Part shown: positions 48,001 through 56,082 of the stretch, piece by piece
Position numbering within the stretch: the stretch's first letter is position 1
How the letters are laid out: each line of letters opens with the position of its first letter
From: Candidatus Micrarchaeota archaeon
Lineage (GTDB): Archaea; Micrarchaeota; Micrarchaeia; Anstonellales; Anstonellaceae
DNA: 64,000 bases
NCBI GenBank assembly: GCA_964581105.1
Contig: CAZOMB010000001.1
Location: forward strand, 79,730 to 143,729
Reading direction: 5' to 3'
The notes under the pieces: model-generated
What the model saw: the letters and a program-made list of their open reading frames with translations, nothing else
Told to the model about the DNA's origin: nothing
The model's database searches: none
Translations under genes and position numbers: made by a program

Positions 48001-48120
48001 ATCATATTGGTTGCGCAGAGCATCTATTGCCCTTTCTATTGGAGCCAAAATTCTGTTAAGTTCGCTAAGCAGGGTTCGCTTTGCAGATCCGCGAAACTCA
48101 ACCAGCTTGAATAGGAACAT
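42025..48120 (-). CDS. giant protein (2031 aa) with C-terminal protein-kinase-like domain; inserted in the ribosomal gene cluster
   Basis: Single uninterrupted 6.1-kb ORF. The N-terminal ~150 aa is coiled-coil, followed by a Lys-rich stretch (KYKKKRRKRIQKQKKELKKLKK). The C-terminal ~300 aa has a catalytic-loop-like LDDTHQNNYLIRE (D-x-H-x-x-N) followed by LTRIDYEGAG (DFG/IDxE-like), as in choline/aminoglycoside/PI-kinase-like folds. Confidence 0.5.
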   Translation of the reverse strand: MFLFKLVEFRGSAKRTLLSELNRILAPIERAIDALRNQYDGFVGQSNLPTIEKFNLIGQKAIEAKKQLVKGDLPSFSSSLKTIETALKAIERDFIHLSENQLFEPDYQNIATALKASKIPIKSNIPDFSKTIGVLVEFVEGATAASNLQKTKTDGFFTDAKEEKGGTSAGADDDEPKYKKKRRKRIQKQKKELKKLKKSHSYKNYMKNQYPGQAPRQVVTLPSGEQVLAPVQEKEQQDTQNKKIDNLYSKILKEGKLPAGITNQQVLELIGKCLYESQEAMELHYENNPEHIKYFSNNELKPYEQRDIDSQKVMNSIVLEKADFILSSFVTDNNLSPVLSKYFKENRAVYESLIEAADPLKTKKLMDRQFTSYDGLVYDIGSYWKLISPSSLADSNLPKTESTLKEDISDFAMRYVLPIVPGLNVLVPLYDTDIAIDESLKTGKLDEIVHAINEAENKGLNTLGYTMFSLILVPESAYVKIAKNMGLVTKTTFMRRLFNELLNIEYELALLENPGITIPKARVVALEKAVKDFGKIMSQKEFSPIVGYERYSNFMKLTEEQFMKLKSTDGLIKTKDILTKNGSPKVQKFLEKWYIENIGPRIKLKPLLKIKNPPRDFTSSVLRTQKPMKNSFTESFKQELYSVKPDQGNVSTELFKQAKLNKQMQTFIIAVSRNVDAGIALELRNTEPMTFADVHNFLNKSQTIREKTIQEVIASVNKPNEYKKTYENIEPYIRQFTSPQILSGVTRLQSFVEANKEIGMNILVAGVVKNERYIQGLIGQDNKELFGMRHVKNFLELYKGYTPGKPRTLSMENAWQSALFLFQAKKLGAPEVDYILHKIAPYLINNDARGLFKLAQNDKLVKIYIKCGSNSIIMRNAEKNASSLTASDYQKFYELCNQNPEMVKSLTTTVFNGFGIRLDAKIPGLYNAKEQLDGFIDKKFTKTHGGTFELYRESESPAVQKVKDYVVKKSGLSKSEVDGAILNKEMKLINDINLSFIAESASDEELQNYAKLLHDLADDFSYLGETEDYKFVSLLNSILENSPNSEATGILENFDEFILEYKGVSDEMDSNPDGYLSNFHSMDASQLEKFIRSHKELSASTILNSIVHSNAVWPDVTKLIDALEMSESFLMKENPQPEFLSSFYEYFVGMPEKREFLQFITEKLSSQPQLLKNLHGSGYSIFMEELMGSEKILHSLKDKQLQKAFSNISMKVARENNEFKLLLMNGEEIPENLRRYMDPLLRKIQGSDFEKNIYAVMNKFGSHFSPKVNSHDIAGAYKDALEMYADALENGLVFDIPKKVVQLKFQVEGVNVSLSESIDVSLRTALLEAKESAAAENYMQMIKQGHDKVLNIFLEGSLEDKKGLMRNLKLDDSLVDKSEEGALRQALKNSELGDMSGMVWDACMRSGNRDIFLTYVQGGKLTKAENTQLLVTLNEFDNFLSEVLDENGLSALLPSVRKSPAYQQIIKARASIIESSQKQQSVTRELRLVFGKNNSLLNTFFGSYSGTCLGDNPGYSLARPDICTATLFQNNEIAGGVLFLMREVEGKPSLIILSVDPSEKVLGNGSTLLSSQKQVELTDWLMEEVYNYASENNLSLYFPKKFSNVGGITNRGATIEKRLKEYRGKKLVKFEPSGDLHETYHYNVSTGIEFKPKDGWIKESLKGNDLNELNFDRGSMSLMEFVPDGKGNCSLYIGLNSKKKRWKILELPESELEAFKEHAISYLEKYENISGDGLIWSLDGLQTSFDSWALENSGKGINDFMDYLISNNLPHQLANQIADINSKLNVVFPESKGLVPQYDFSRTAKRLDGGSVVFEIPLTGEKTTIVKFGDFDELSKEANALESMKLMGLDSDYSIYPFENYSIITVADGMSLGKFYTAESYGKVKLKDIMQGGPKRKAYLESISKCMAYQDAFGLDDTHQNNYLIREDGSLTRIDYEGAGLFHDDLRDFEELFLLKEGPKGINPDEWKLIEASFKQSWGQMRKNFSSKEKELLDLLGEEHLGRIRESLGNSPEKAWEDFSRGVKSQMGGSE

Positions 48121-48183
48121 GTGTGTATTTTGGGTTTTGGGATTTAAATTAGTGTGTTGTTTTGGGGGTTAAATGAGAAGAGG

Positions 48184-48411
48184 CTACTTGGCTTTGTCTT
48201 GCTTTTTTGCTGGTTTTGATTGCTTTTCGCCTTTTCTTGCTGTTGGCTCAAGGTGAAGCACTGAGCATTTTCTCTCCTTGCCCCTGAGAGGAGAGCTTAT
48301 CATTACAAAATTCTCGTCAATTACTTTTGTTATCACTACTTCTTCTCCTGAGTCTCGGCCTTTGGTTTTTATGCAGATGCGACCTGGTTCAATTGCTGGC
48401 ATTTTAATCAC
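48184..48411 (-). CDS. rpl14e: 50S ribosomal protein L14e (eL14)
   Basis: MPAIEPGRICIKTKGRDSGEEVVITKVIDENFVMISSP..KCSVLHLEPT matches the eL14 KOW-domain protein. Confidence 0.8.
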   Translation of the reverse strand: MIKMPAIEPGRICIKTKGRDSGEEVVITKVIDENFVMISSPLRGKERKCSVLHLEPTARKGEKQSKPAKKQDKAK

Positions 48412-49001
48412 TTCCTCTTTTTTCTCTTTTTCTTGCTCTTTGTTTTCTTTTTTCTTGATTTCTTTCTTGGCTTTTTCTTTTGCTTTGCCATTTTTTCAGT
48501 TGCAGCCTGTGCTATTATTGCTGCTGACTGGCTTGGCATGAAATTCCTGCTGTTTATTACAATGTCAAAGCCAGAATGGTCATAAATGTCAATTTTGTAA
48601 ATGTCAAGGTAGCGCAGCCTGTTGCTCTCATCCCTTTCATTTATGTGCCTGAGCGCCTCTTCTGGCCCCATCTTGTCGCGAAGAGCTACGCGGGCTGCCC
48701 TTGCTGCTCGAGGTGCATAGAGCCATACTTTTATGTCTGCATTTTTTACCATCCACGGGCCAAGCCATGTTGTTACAACGCAGTTGCCTTTTGTTGCAGC
48801 TGCCATGAGCCTTTTGTCAAAGTCCTTGTCTATCCTGTGTTCTGCTTCTGCCTTTTTGTGAAAGTCAAGTAAATCCATTTTCTTTTTTGCTGCCAATGTC
48901 TTAAAGGTTGGGTTTACAAGCCTTAAGCCAAGCTTTTTTGCTACAAGCGAGCCAACTGAGTTTTTTCCGCTTCCTGAAAGCCCAGATATGCAGATAATCA
49001 T
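48408..49001 (-). CDS. cmk: cytidylate kinase (archaeal type) with poly-Lys C-terminal tail
   Basis: P-loop IICISGLSGSGKNSVGSLVAKKLG; conserved position between rpl34e and rpl14e. The tail reads KQKKKPRKKSRKKKTKSKKKRKKRK. Confidence 0.8.
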   Translation of the reverse strand: MIICISGLSGSGKNSVGSLVAKKLGLRLVNPTFKTLAAKKKMDLLDFHKKAEAEHRIDKDFDKRLMAAATKGNCVVTTWLGPWMVKNADIKVWLYAPRAARAARVALRDKMGPEEALRHINERDESNRLRYLDIYKIDIYDHSGFDIVINSRNFMPSQSAAIIAQAATEKMAKQKKKPRKKSRKKKTKSKKKRKKRK

Positions 49002-49011
49002 TTTAGCACCG

Positions 49012-49338
49012 TTATTTCTTGTTTAGGAGCCTTTTTACATATGGCAGCATTCTTATGTCAACTTCATCAATAGAAAGCTCGCCTTCTTTTACCCTCGAGG
49101 CTATTATGAGCACGCGGGAGCTTGCAACTGTTGAGAGATTGCCGCCAAATTTCCTGTTTGGCCTTTTTGGCTTTCCCTGTGTTGAGATTACTGCCTGAAG
49201 CCTTTTGCCTGTTATTGAGCACGAATGCCTTTTGCCCTTTTTCCTCCTCTTGTAATGGACAGTTATGCCTTTAGGGGTGCGCTTTTTTATCTTGCGCACA
49301 GACCTTGACCTGTTTTTTGGCAGAGGCATTTCAAACAC
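49012..49338 (-). CDS. rpl34e: 50S ribosomal protein L34e (eL34)
   Basis: MPLPKNRSRSVRKIKKRTPKGITVHYKRRKKGKRHSCSITGKRLQAV.. matches the eL34 N-terminus. Confidence 0.75.
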   Translation of the reverse strand: MFEMPLPKNRSRSVRKIKKRTPKGITVHYKRRKKGKRHSCSITGKRLQAVISTQGKPKRPNRKFGGNLSTVASSRVLIIASRVKEGELSIDEVDIRMLPYVKRLLNKK

Positions 49339-50200
49339 CCTTTTTTGTGATTTTGCTGTAGACTGCCCTTAAGATGCTGAAGGACATACTCAGGGCAAAT
49401 GCACATAATATGAAAAATCCGTAGGAGCCGATTATGCGGCTGATGTTTAATAAAGGTATTGCGAAGGGCAGGTCAACGAAAAAGAAGGTGCCTGCGTTGA
49501 GCACTGCCTCAAGCCTTGTGCCTTGCTCAAGGGGGGGCTTTGTGCTTGCCTGTATTGTAACTGTTTGGCCTGCTGACACATTTTGGCTGCTTGAAGAGGC
49601 ATTTATTTTGTATGCTGTCTTTCCAAAGAGAATGTCAATAAGCCCGCCTTGCGATAAATTCTGGAGCCACAAATCCTTTGGCAAGCCATTTTCATAGTAA
49701 AATGGCATTCCTGATTTTGCCAAAGACTCGTTTTGCTCATTATAAATGTGCACTTCTGCAGCCCATGCTCCCTTTATGCCGTCATTTCCAAATTCATAGC
49801 AAGTTGAGTAAATGCCGTCAGATGAAACAAGGTCGCAATGCTCTGAAAGGCCGTCATCAAAAAGAGGCAGATGTATGTCATCAACTGCTCCTGGCTCAAT
49901 AAGCGGGAACACAAACATCAGGCCAACAAAAATTACAATAATTACTGCAAACATCCTCATTTGCACTGACATTATCTGCGAGGTGATTTGCCAGTTTTTT
50001 GAGATTATTTCATTAAGCTCTTTTTCATCATTCCTTTTTGCAGCCTCATTCATTTTCTTGTGAAGCTCTTTCATTTCTGCCTGAAGCCCTTTGAGCTTGT
50101 CTTTTCCGCCTATGTTTGCCTGCAGGAACATGCTTAATGCAACATAAGCCAGAGAAAGCAGCACAATGAATATCCAGTAGTCTGCAAGTTCGAAAAACAT
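49331..50200 (-). CDS. DUF106/EMC3-like membrane protein (archaeal Oxa1/YidC-superfamily insertase candidate) with a large extracytoplasmic insertion
   Basis: TM1, then a coiled coil (KDKLKGLQAEMKELHKKMNEAAKRNDEKELNEI), then TM2 and a C-terminal TM, in the usual adk-proximal position. A ~150-aa insert lies between TM2 and the last TM. Confidence 0.45.
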   Translation of the reverse strand: MFFELADYWIFIVLLSLAYVALSMFLQANIGGKDKLKGLQAEMKELHKKMNEAAKRNDEKELNEIISKNWQITSQIMSVQMRMFAVIIVIFVGLMFVFPLIEPGAVDDIHLPLFDDGLSEHCDLVSSDGIYSTCYEFGNDGIKGAWAAEVHIYNEQNESLAKSGMPFYYENGLPKDLWLQNLSQGGLIDILFGKTAYKINASSSSQNVSAGQTVTIQASTKPPLEQGTRLEAVLNAGTFFFVDLPFAIPLLNISRIIGSYGFFILCAFALSMSFSILRAVYSKITKKGV

Positions 50201-50211
50201 GTAATTTCACC

Positions 50212-50754
50212 TTATTTTAGCAAAGCCAGAAGCTTTTTCTGGGCCTCTTCCAATTTTCCTGTCCTGTTGTGTATTATCAGGGCAGGAGCTCCTGTCAAGC
50301 AGGAGTATGCTGCCAAATACGAGCGGTTTATTGACTCATGCTCTGAGAGTGATTCTGATGACTCTGGGTCGCGTATCCTGGTCTTGTCAGAGCTTCTCCT
50401 TTCTGAGATTTCCTTTGCAGGCGCTGTTACCAGAACAAGGAATTGCACTTTGAGCTGCGAAAGAAGGGAAAAGGGAAGGCCTGGCAAATAGCCTTTGGGT
50501 GTTGAAATCGAGCAATGGGTGTCAAGTATCAGCTTTGCATCCATTTTTGAAAGCGCTTTTCCCACTTCTGACTGCACTTTTTTCTGTGTCTTTGTATCCA
50601 TCTTGCGGATTTCATCGCGTGTTTTTATCCCGACAGACTTTGATGCTATTTCAAACATCAGGTCCCCATAATTCACAATTTTGCAATCAGTTTCCTTTGC
50701 TGCAGAAAGGACTGTTGACTTTCCTGCGCCAGGCAGGCCCATTACAATAATCAT
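50212..50754 (-). CDS. adkA: adenylate kinase (archaeal type)
   Basis: P-loop MIIVMGLPGAGKSTV; 180 aa; immediately downstream of secY, as in archaeal spc operons. Confidence 0.8.
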   Translation of the reverse strand: MIIVMGLPGAGKSTVLSAAKETDCKIVNYGDLMFEIASKSVGIKTRDEIRKMDTKTQKKVQSEVGKALSKMDAKLILDTHCSISTPKGYLPGLPFSLLSQLKVQFLVLVTAPAKEISERRSSDKTRIRDPESSESLSEHESINRSYLAAYSCLTGAPALIIHNRTGKLEEAQKKLLALLK

Positions 50755-50764
50755 TCAAATCCCC

Positions 50765-52258
50765 CTATCTCCCTAGAATGCTGCCAAGCCCTGAGTAGGA
50801 CTCAAACAGCCTCTGGTTTTCAAGGTCCTGGTACATCCTGTATAGGATGCCAACTGTCAAAAGTATTCCTGTTCCTGTGCCAAGCGCTCCTGTCAAGTCT
50901 GCCAAAGCTGCCAAAAGCCCGACAAATGCGCTTCCAAGAACTGTAATATATGGTATATAGCGGCCAAGAAGGCTTTCAACTATCCTTGGGTCGCGCCTGT
51001 GGCCAGGAATTTGCAACCCTGATTTATTGAGATTCTCTGCAACCTGCTTTGCCCCTAATCCTGTTGTATCAACCCAAAATTGGCCGAAAATTATACATAA
51101 TACCACCATGAATATTATGTAGGAGATTACATGCACCCACTCAGGAATTCCAAATAGCGGGGTTGTTCCATTCAAGAGCTGGCCAAAGTATGCCCCATAA
51201 TTTCCTTGTAAAGGCCGGTAAATAGGCGAAATTAAGTAAAAGAATCCATCGCGGAGCTGGTTTCCTGAGTCAACAAATGCCAAAGATTGCACCAGGTCTA
51301 TTCCGCCATTGCACTTGTCAATGCCTGGTGCCTCAGGGTTAAACTCCCCTGTTACGCACAAATGCTGGCCTTGAAGGCCTATTGCAAAAAACTGGATGTT
51401 CAAAAGAAGCGCTGAGGCAAGTATGACTGGTATGTTTGATACATATAAGAATTTTATTGGAAATCGGCTTCCTAATCCCCTTGCCCTGTCAAATGCAAGC
51501 GGGATTTCTACTTTTATGCCTTCTGCATATGACACTACCAGGAATACTATTGCAGTGAAAAAGAGTGGAAGCAGGGCTATTATTGCAATTGGCAATGCTT
51601 CTGCGCTTCCTGATGAAAGCGCCTCAATTACCCCTCCTGAGCCTGTGAAAAGGCTGAATGTGCCTGCAACTATTGCAAATGAAACCCCTGCTGCTATGAA
51701 AAGGGAAATTCCGCTCCCTATCCCGTGCTTTGACACCACTTCATCAAGGTAAAGCAATACCAAAGAGCCCATTGAAATTTGCAGGATTATGAAAAACTGG
51801 GTGAACAGCATGCTTCCAAAAAGAGGGGCGTCAACTACCGCCAGGCGTGCAAAAAGGACAAATACTGCTGCCTCGAAAAAGCAAAGCAATATTGCCAGTA
51901 TTTTCTGTGCTCCTTGGAATGTCCTTTTTTGCTCTGGGTCTGACATGTCAACCTTGATTATCTTTGCGCCTGAGAAAAGTTGCAAAAAGATGCTTGCAAG
52001 CACAATGGGGCCGATTCCAACTGTAATAAGCGAGCCAATGTTTGATGCAGTTACAACCTGGAGGAAGTCGGCACCGCCTGTGGACGGTTTTACCCCCACT
52101 GCAATAACATTGTACATAATAAAGAATACTGCCAGGGCTATTATGGTCCACATGATTTTCTCAGAAAGAGGCGGCGGCCTGTCAGGCGCCTTTACCTCTG
52201 GCAAAAGGTGGAGGTATGGCTTTAGAAAATCAAGTGAGCTCCCCATTAATTTCACCAA
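50765..52258 (-). CDS. secY: preprotein translocase subunit SecY (Sec61alpha)
   Basis: 10-TM, 497-aa protein with SecY-like loops, in the conserved position after rpl15. Confidence 0.9.
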   Translation of the reverse strand: MVKLMGSSLDFLKPYLHLLPEVKAPDRPPPLSEKIMWTIIALAVFFIMYNVIAVGVKPSTGGADFLQVVTASNIGSLITVGIGPIVLASIFLQLFSGAKIIKVDMSDPEQKRTFQGAQKILAILLCFFEAAVFVLFARLAVVDAPLFGSMLFTQFFIILQISMGSLVLLYLDEVVSKHGIGSGISLFIAAGVSFAIVAGTFSLFTGSGGVIEALSSGSAEALPIAIIALLPLFFTAIVFLVVSYAEGIKVEIPLAFDRARGLGSRFPIKFLYVSNIPVILASALLLNIQFFAIGLQGQHLCVTGEFNPEAPGIDKCNGGIDLVQSLAFVDSGNQLRDGFFYLISPIYRPLQGNYGAYFGQLLNGTTPLFGIPEWVHVISYIIFMVVLCIIFGQFWVDTTGLGAKQVAENLNKSGLQIPGHRRDPRIVESLLGRYIPYITVLGSAFVGLLAALADLTGALGTGTGILLTVGILYRMYQDLENQRLFESYSGLGSILGR

Positions 52259-52305
52259 TTAAATTCTCAGGCATTCTACACAGCATGCTGTCTTAGAATT
52301 TATAT

Positions 52306-52797
52306 TCATTTGTCACCAGGTTTTGGAGCTGGTTTGTTTTCAGCTGGTTTTTCTTGTTTGGGTTTTTCAGGCTGCTTTTCTGGCTTTTTTGCGAATGTTT
52401 CTGCAGCTCCGCCTGCTTTTTTTATTTTTTCTGCTGCGCCTTTTGAGAATGATTGCGCTTTTACTGTTACTGGGGCGGTTATCTGGCCTGTGCCAAGCAC
52501 TTTGCCGTCAAATTCAAAGTAATCCTTTCCTTCACGCTCTTTTAGCTTTCCTTTTTGTGCTAGCTGGTCTATCTGAAAAAGGTTGATTGTCCTTATTTTT
52601 GCTTTTGGCAATGGGGAAAAACCTTGTACACCGAAATAATTTGGCTCATAGCGCGTAATATATGTGAAGCGGTGCTTTTGCATTCCTGCCCTTCCCCAGC
52701 CGCCTTTGCTGCCCTTGCCCCTCTTGTTCTTTGTGTTACCTGTGCCATGGCTGCGGGTCCCGTGGAACTTTCTGCTTCTTTTTCTTTTCCTTTTCAT
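52306..52797 (-). CDS. rpl15: 50S ribosomal protein L15 (uL15) with Lys/Pro/Glu-rich C-terminal tail
   Basis: MKRKRKRSRKFHGTRSHGTGNTKNKRGKGSKGGWGRAG is the uL15 N-terminus. The tail reads ..KKPEKQPEKPKQEKPAENKPAPKPGDK. Confidence 0.85.
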   Translation of the reverse strand: MKRKRKRSRKFHGTRSHGTGNTKNKRGKGSKGGWGRAGMQKHRFTYITRYEPNYFGVQGFSPLPKAKIRTINLFQIDQLAQKGKLKEREGKDYFEFDGKVLGTGQITAPVTVKAQSFSKGAAEKIKKAGGAAETFAKKPEKQPEKPKQEKPAENKPAPKPGDK

Positions 52798-52806
52798 GAA
52801 ACACAC

Positions 52807-53247
52807 CTATGCCATTCTCAATATAAGCTCTGCTATTTTGCTGTTCTTCCCTATTGGGCCAAATGGAACCTGGGCTTTTCTTTTGCCAAATCCGCCTTTG
52901 GGAGGGGAAAGGAAAAATACTGGCATTATTCCTAATTCTGAGAGCTTTTTGCCTGACAAAACTTCTTGCGCAATTTTCTTTATGGCATCTGGCTTTTTTT
53001 CTTTTGAGAGCCTTTTTCCTTCTTTTGTCCTGCCCCTTTTTTGAAGCAAAAGCTCAACTGTTGCCTCATCAACCCCGCCAAATGAAACACAATCCTTGCA
53101 AACTTTCAGCATCCCTTTAGTAGTTGGGGAATCTGGTATCAGGGTGCATGAGTAAAGCCTGTTGAGCTTTAGGCTGTCAAGTGTACTGTCTACTTCCTGG
53201 GGGACTGAAAATCTCCCTTTTAGCCTTATTACTGCTATTTTGCTCAT
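52807..53247 (-). CDS. rpl30: 50S ribosomal protein L30 (uL30)
   Basis: MSKIAVIRLKGRFSVPQEVDSTLDSLKLNRLYSCTLIPDSPTTKGML matches uL30. Confidence 0.85.
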   Translation of the reverse strand: MSKIAVIRLKGRFSVPQEVDSTLDSLKLNRLYSCTLIPDSPTTKGMLKVCKDCVSFGGVDEATVELLLQKRGRTKEGKRLSKEKKPDAIKKIAQEVLSGKKLSELGIMPVFFLSPPKGGFGKRKAQVPFGPIGKNSKIAELILRMA

Positions 53248-53942
53248 GATGGCACCTTTTCCTCTTTATTTTCCTTTGGCTTGTTGCCCCAGCCGCTTAC
53301 CCTCATGGTATTGAGCTTTTCAATTGCCCTGAAGGTTGCCATTGCTGTATTGTATATGTTCCTTGTGTGGCCGCGTGAAAAGCTCCATATGTCCTTTACC
53401 CCTGCATATGAGAGAACCTTTTTCACTACTTCGTTTGCTGCCAGGCCCACGCCTCGCGGAGCTGGCTTGAGGGTAACTGTCACGCTTCCTGACTTTCCAT
53501 TAACTGTTATTGGGATTGAGTTTTTGAAGCCTGGCCCTGATTCCCATGAGCCGCAGCCAAATGGAACTGAAATGAAATTCCTTTTTGCGTTCTTGATTGC
53601 AGTCTCTATTGCTGGCCTTACTTCCTCGCTTTTTCCTGCTCCTATTCCAAAGTGGCCGTTCTTGTCCCCAACAAGGACAATTGCCCTGAATTGCATTTTC
53701 CTTCCGTTTTTTGTCATCCTCTGCGTGCTTGACACTGAAAGGGTTTCCTCTTCAATGTTCGGGTAAAGGTGGTCTATCATCTCATGCTCAAGCACCTGCT
53801 TTCCCATTCCAAATATCTCTTCAAGTGAAGTTATCTGGCCTGTTTTCACCATTTTGCCTACTTCTGTTTTTGGAACCCACTCTGGCTTGGGCTCGTCGTC
53901 CCGTCTTTTCCTTCTTCCCCTTCCTCTGCCAAATCTTGCCAT
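53244..53942 (-). CDS. rps5: 30S ribosomal protein S5 (uS5)
   Basis: ..RMTKNGRKMQFRAIVLVGDKNGHFGIGAGKSEEVRPAIETAIKNAKRNFISVP.. is the uS5 core. Confidence 0.9.
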   Translation of the reverse strand: MARFGRGRGRRKRRDDEPKPEWVPKTEVGKMVKTGQITSLEEIFGMGKQVLEHEMIDHLYPNIEEETLSVSSTQRMTKNGRKMQFRAIVLVGDKNGHFGIGAGKSEEVRPAIETAIKNAKRNFISVPFGCGSWESGPGFKNSIPITVNGKSGSVTVTLKPAPRGVGLAANEVVKKVLSYAGVKDIWSFSRGHTRNIYNTAMATFRAIEKLNTMRVSGWGNKPKENKEEKVPS

Positions 53943-53952
53943 TTTTTCACCA

Positions 53953-54534
53953 TCAGCCTATTATTTTTTCCTTCACAGAGTTGAATTTTTCAACCATTTT
54001 CCCGGGGTCAAACCCCTCTTTTATATATGAGGAAAATATCTTGCTGTACTTGTTTTCATCAGACTGTTTTAGGGCTTTTGCATATTTTTCAATCGCTGCC
54101 CCGGTTATCCTTTCATCTGCAATCATGCCTTCCGAGTAATTTGTCTTTAATCCTGAGTCAATTGCCCCCCTGAGCGCTGCAAATGCAATTGAGCCTTTTG
54201 AAGGCTTTTGCATTCCCATGTCAAGGTTGAAGTTTTTCACTCCCTTTTTTGCTGCAGACTTTCCTGCCAAAAGCCCGCACAAGTATGCTGTTGGCGAATT
54301 GCAGCGCGGCTGCCAGCCATGCTGCTTAAGTGACTTTGAGCCTGCTGCTGCTATTACTTTGTCCCCTTGTTTTGAAAACTCAACAAACTGCACAAGGATT
54401 CCCTTTGATGAGCTTCTGACAACCATGCGCGGAGCCATCCCTTTTACCAGTGCCAAGCGCTTGGCGTAGTTTGTCAGGCCTTTTCTCCTTCGCCTGAAAG
54501 CCACTTTGTATGCAGGCCCTGTTGCCTTTGCCAT
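53953..54534 (-). CDS. rpl18: 50S ribosomal protein L18 (uL18)
   Basis: MAKATGPAYKVAFRRRRKGLTNYAKRLALVKG.. is the archaeal uL18 N-terminus. Confidence 0.9.
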   Translation of the reverse strand: MAKATGPAYKVAFRRRRKGLTNYAKRLALVKGMAPRMVVRSSSKGILVQFVEFSKQGDKVIAAAGSKSLKQHGWQPRCNSPTAYLCGLLAGKSAAKKGVKNFNLDMGMQKPSKGSIAFAALRGAIDSGLKTNYSEGMIADERITGAAIEKYAKALKQSDENKYSKIFSSYIKEGFDPGKMVEKFNSVKEKIIG

Positions 54535-54539
54535 TCAAA

Positions 54540-54989
54540 TCACTTTTTGAGCATTTTGCTTTCCTTGAGGTGTGCCTCAAGCATCCTTATCCCCTTGAAT
54601 GCATTGCCTTTTACCATCATGTAAGCCTTGCGGAAGTGCTTGCGGTCCAGCCTCTTTTTTTCCAAAAGTTGCCTCAGGTATTTCCTTTGTGCGCGTACTT
54701 TTGCAACCCATGCGTCCTTTGTCCTTAATCTTGAGTTTGGAGTGCCTTTCCTGCTTCCTTTTCCTTTTCTCCTGCCTTTTCTTTTTTGCTCCTGCTTTTT
54801 CCTTCCGCGGACCCTGCAGACACCGCGTTTTGCCAGGGCATATATTGCCCCGTCTTTTATGAGCGCGCGAACGTCCTCTCTGGTAAGTGCCTCTGATATT
54901 TTTTTGTGGGACTCTGGCTTGAACTTGATTTTTGACCTTCCTGCCTTTAGCATGCGTGCCGAAATCCTTCTTACTGTTGACATTGCCAT
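54540..54989 (-). CDS. rpl19e: 50S ribosomal protein L19e (eL19)
   Basis: MAMSTVRRISARMLKAGRSKIKFKPESHKKISEALTREDVRALIKDGAIYALAKRGV.. matches eL19. Confidence 0.85.
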   Translation of the reverse strand: MAMSTVRRISARMLKAGRSKIKFKPESHKKISEALTREDVRALIKDGAIYALAKRGVCRVRGRKKQEQKRKGRRKGKGSRKGTPNSRLRTKDAWVAKVRAQRKYLRQLLEKKRLDRKHFRKAYMMVKGNAFKGIRMLEAHLKESKMLKK

Positions 54990-54994
54990 TCAAA

Positions 54995-55594
54995 TCACTT
55001 TTTTTGAGGGACATCATACTTTATTTCCTGCTTTTTCTCAGCAGGCTCTGGCTTTTTTTCAGCTGGCTTTTCCTGCTTTGGCTTTTCTGCTTTTTCTTCA
55101 CCTTTTTTTGGAGCGTGTTCTTTTTTCGCTTCTGGTTTTGGCTTTTCTTCCTTTTTCTTTTCAGGTTTTGGAGCTCCTTGCTTCTTTTTCTCTTTTTTTT
55201 CTGGCTTTTTTACTCTCTTTTTCTTTTGCTTTTGTTTTTTCTCCCTGTTAAGCACACGAAGCTTTGCTAAATCTGCAAGCTTGATTATCTCCTGCCTTTT
55301 CCTTTTGCCAACACCTGAAGCTATCCTTATCAGGACATTCTTGAGGCTAGAAAGCTCTTTTGCTGACTGCACAAGCACCTCAGGCATGCCACGCGGGTGC
55401 AAATTCCTTATTTTTGACGGCTGGCTGTAGCCTATTGATGGGGATGCGCCCATGTATGCGAATTTCCTCCTTTTCTTGTTGTCAGTGCCCCTCTGGCTTC
55501 TCCAGTTCTTTTTTATCCTGCTCCTGCAGCTCCTTCCGTAATTGGGCCTCCTGAATTTTGGGTGCTTTCTTTTCTTTATTTCCATTTTTATCAC
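54995..55594 (-). CDS. rpl32e: 50S ribosomal protein L32e (eL32) with ~90-aa Lys/Glu/Pro-rich C-terminal tail
   Basis: ..KKRKHPKFRRPNYGRSCRSRIKKNWRSQRGTDNKKR.. is the eL32 N-terminus. The tail reads ..KKPEKKEKKKQGAPKPEKKKEEKPKPEAKKEHAPKKGEEKAEKPKQEKPAEKKPEP.. Confidence 0.85.
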   Translation of the reverse strand: MIKMEIKKRKHPKFRRPNYGRSCRSRIKKNWRSQRGTDNKKRRKFAYMGASPSIGYSQPSKIRNLHPRGMPEVLVQSAKELSSLKNVLIRIASGVGKRKRQEIIKLADLAKLRVLNREKKQKQKKKRVKKPEKKEKKKQGAPKPEKKKEEKPKPEAKKEHAPKKGEEKAEKPKQEKPAEKKPEPAEKKQEIKYDVPQKK

Positions 55595-56073
55595 TCAACT
55601 ATGTAAAACCCATCCTGGAACACACGCGAGTCGCGGTTCCTTATCTTTGTTGCAGACTTTATGTTTGCCACTGTCTGACAGACATCTTCTTTTGAAATTC
55701 CTGTTATTGTGACCTGCTGGCCTTTTGCCTCAACTTTTGCCTGGCCTGCGATTTTTGCCTTTCTTGGCTGCTTTTCGCCAAGGAAGTTCTTTATCAGGAT
55801 TTGCTTCCCCTTTACCTCTACTGCAATAGGGAAGTGGGAATAAATTATCTTGAGCTTTTTCTCATAGCCGGATATTACCCCGTTTGCCATGTTTGAAATG
55901 TGGGATATGACTGTGTTTGCCATTGCCTTTTGGCCTGTCACTTGAACTTCATCTTCTTTCACAGAGATTTTCACTTCTGGGTGGCTAAAGTCGCGCACAA
56001 TGCTGCCTTTTGCTCCGCTTACTGTGACCTTAAAGCCGTCAACAGTTATTTTTGATCCTTTGGGCATTTTCAT
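55591..56073 (-). CDS. rpl6: 50S ribosomal protein L6 (uL6)
   Basis: MKMPKGSKITVDGFKVTVSGAKGSIVRDFSHPEVKISVKEDEVQV.. matches uL6. Confidence 0.9.
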   Translation of the reverse strand: MKMPKGSKITVDGFKVTVSGAKGSIVRDFSHPEVKISVKEDEVQVTGQKAMANTVISHISNMANGVISGYEKKLKIIYSHFPIAVEVKGKQILIKNFLGEKQPRKAKIAGQAKVEAKGQQVTITGISKEDVCQTVANIKSATKIRNRDSRVFQDGFYIVE

Positions 56074-56082
56074 AATAACTAC

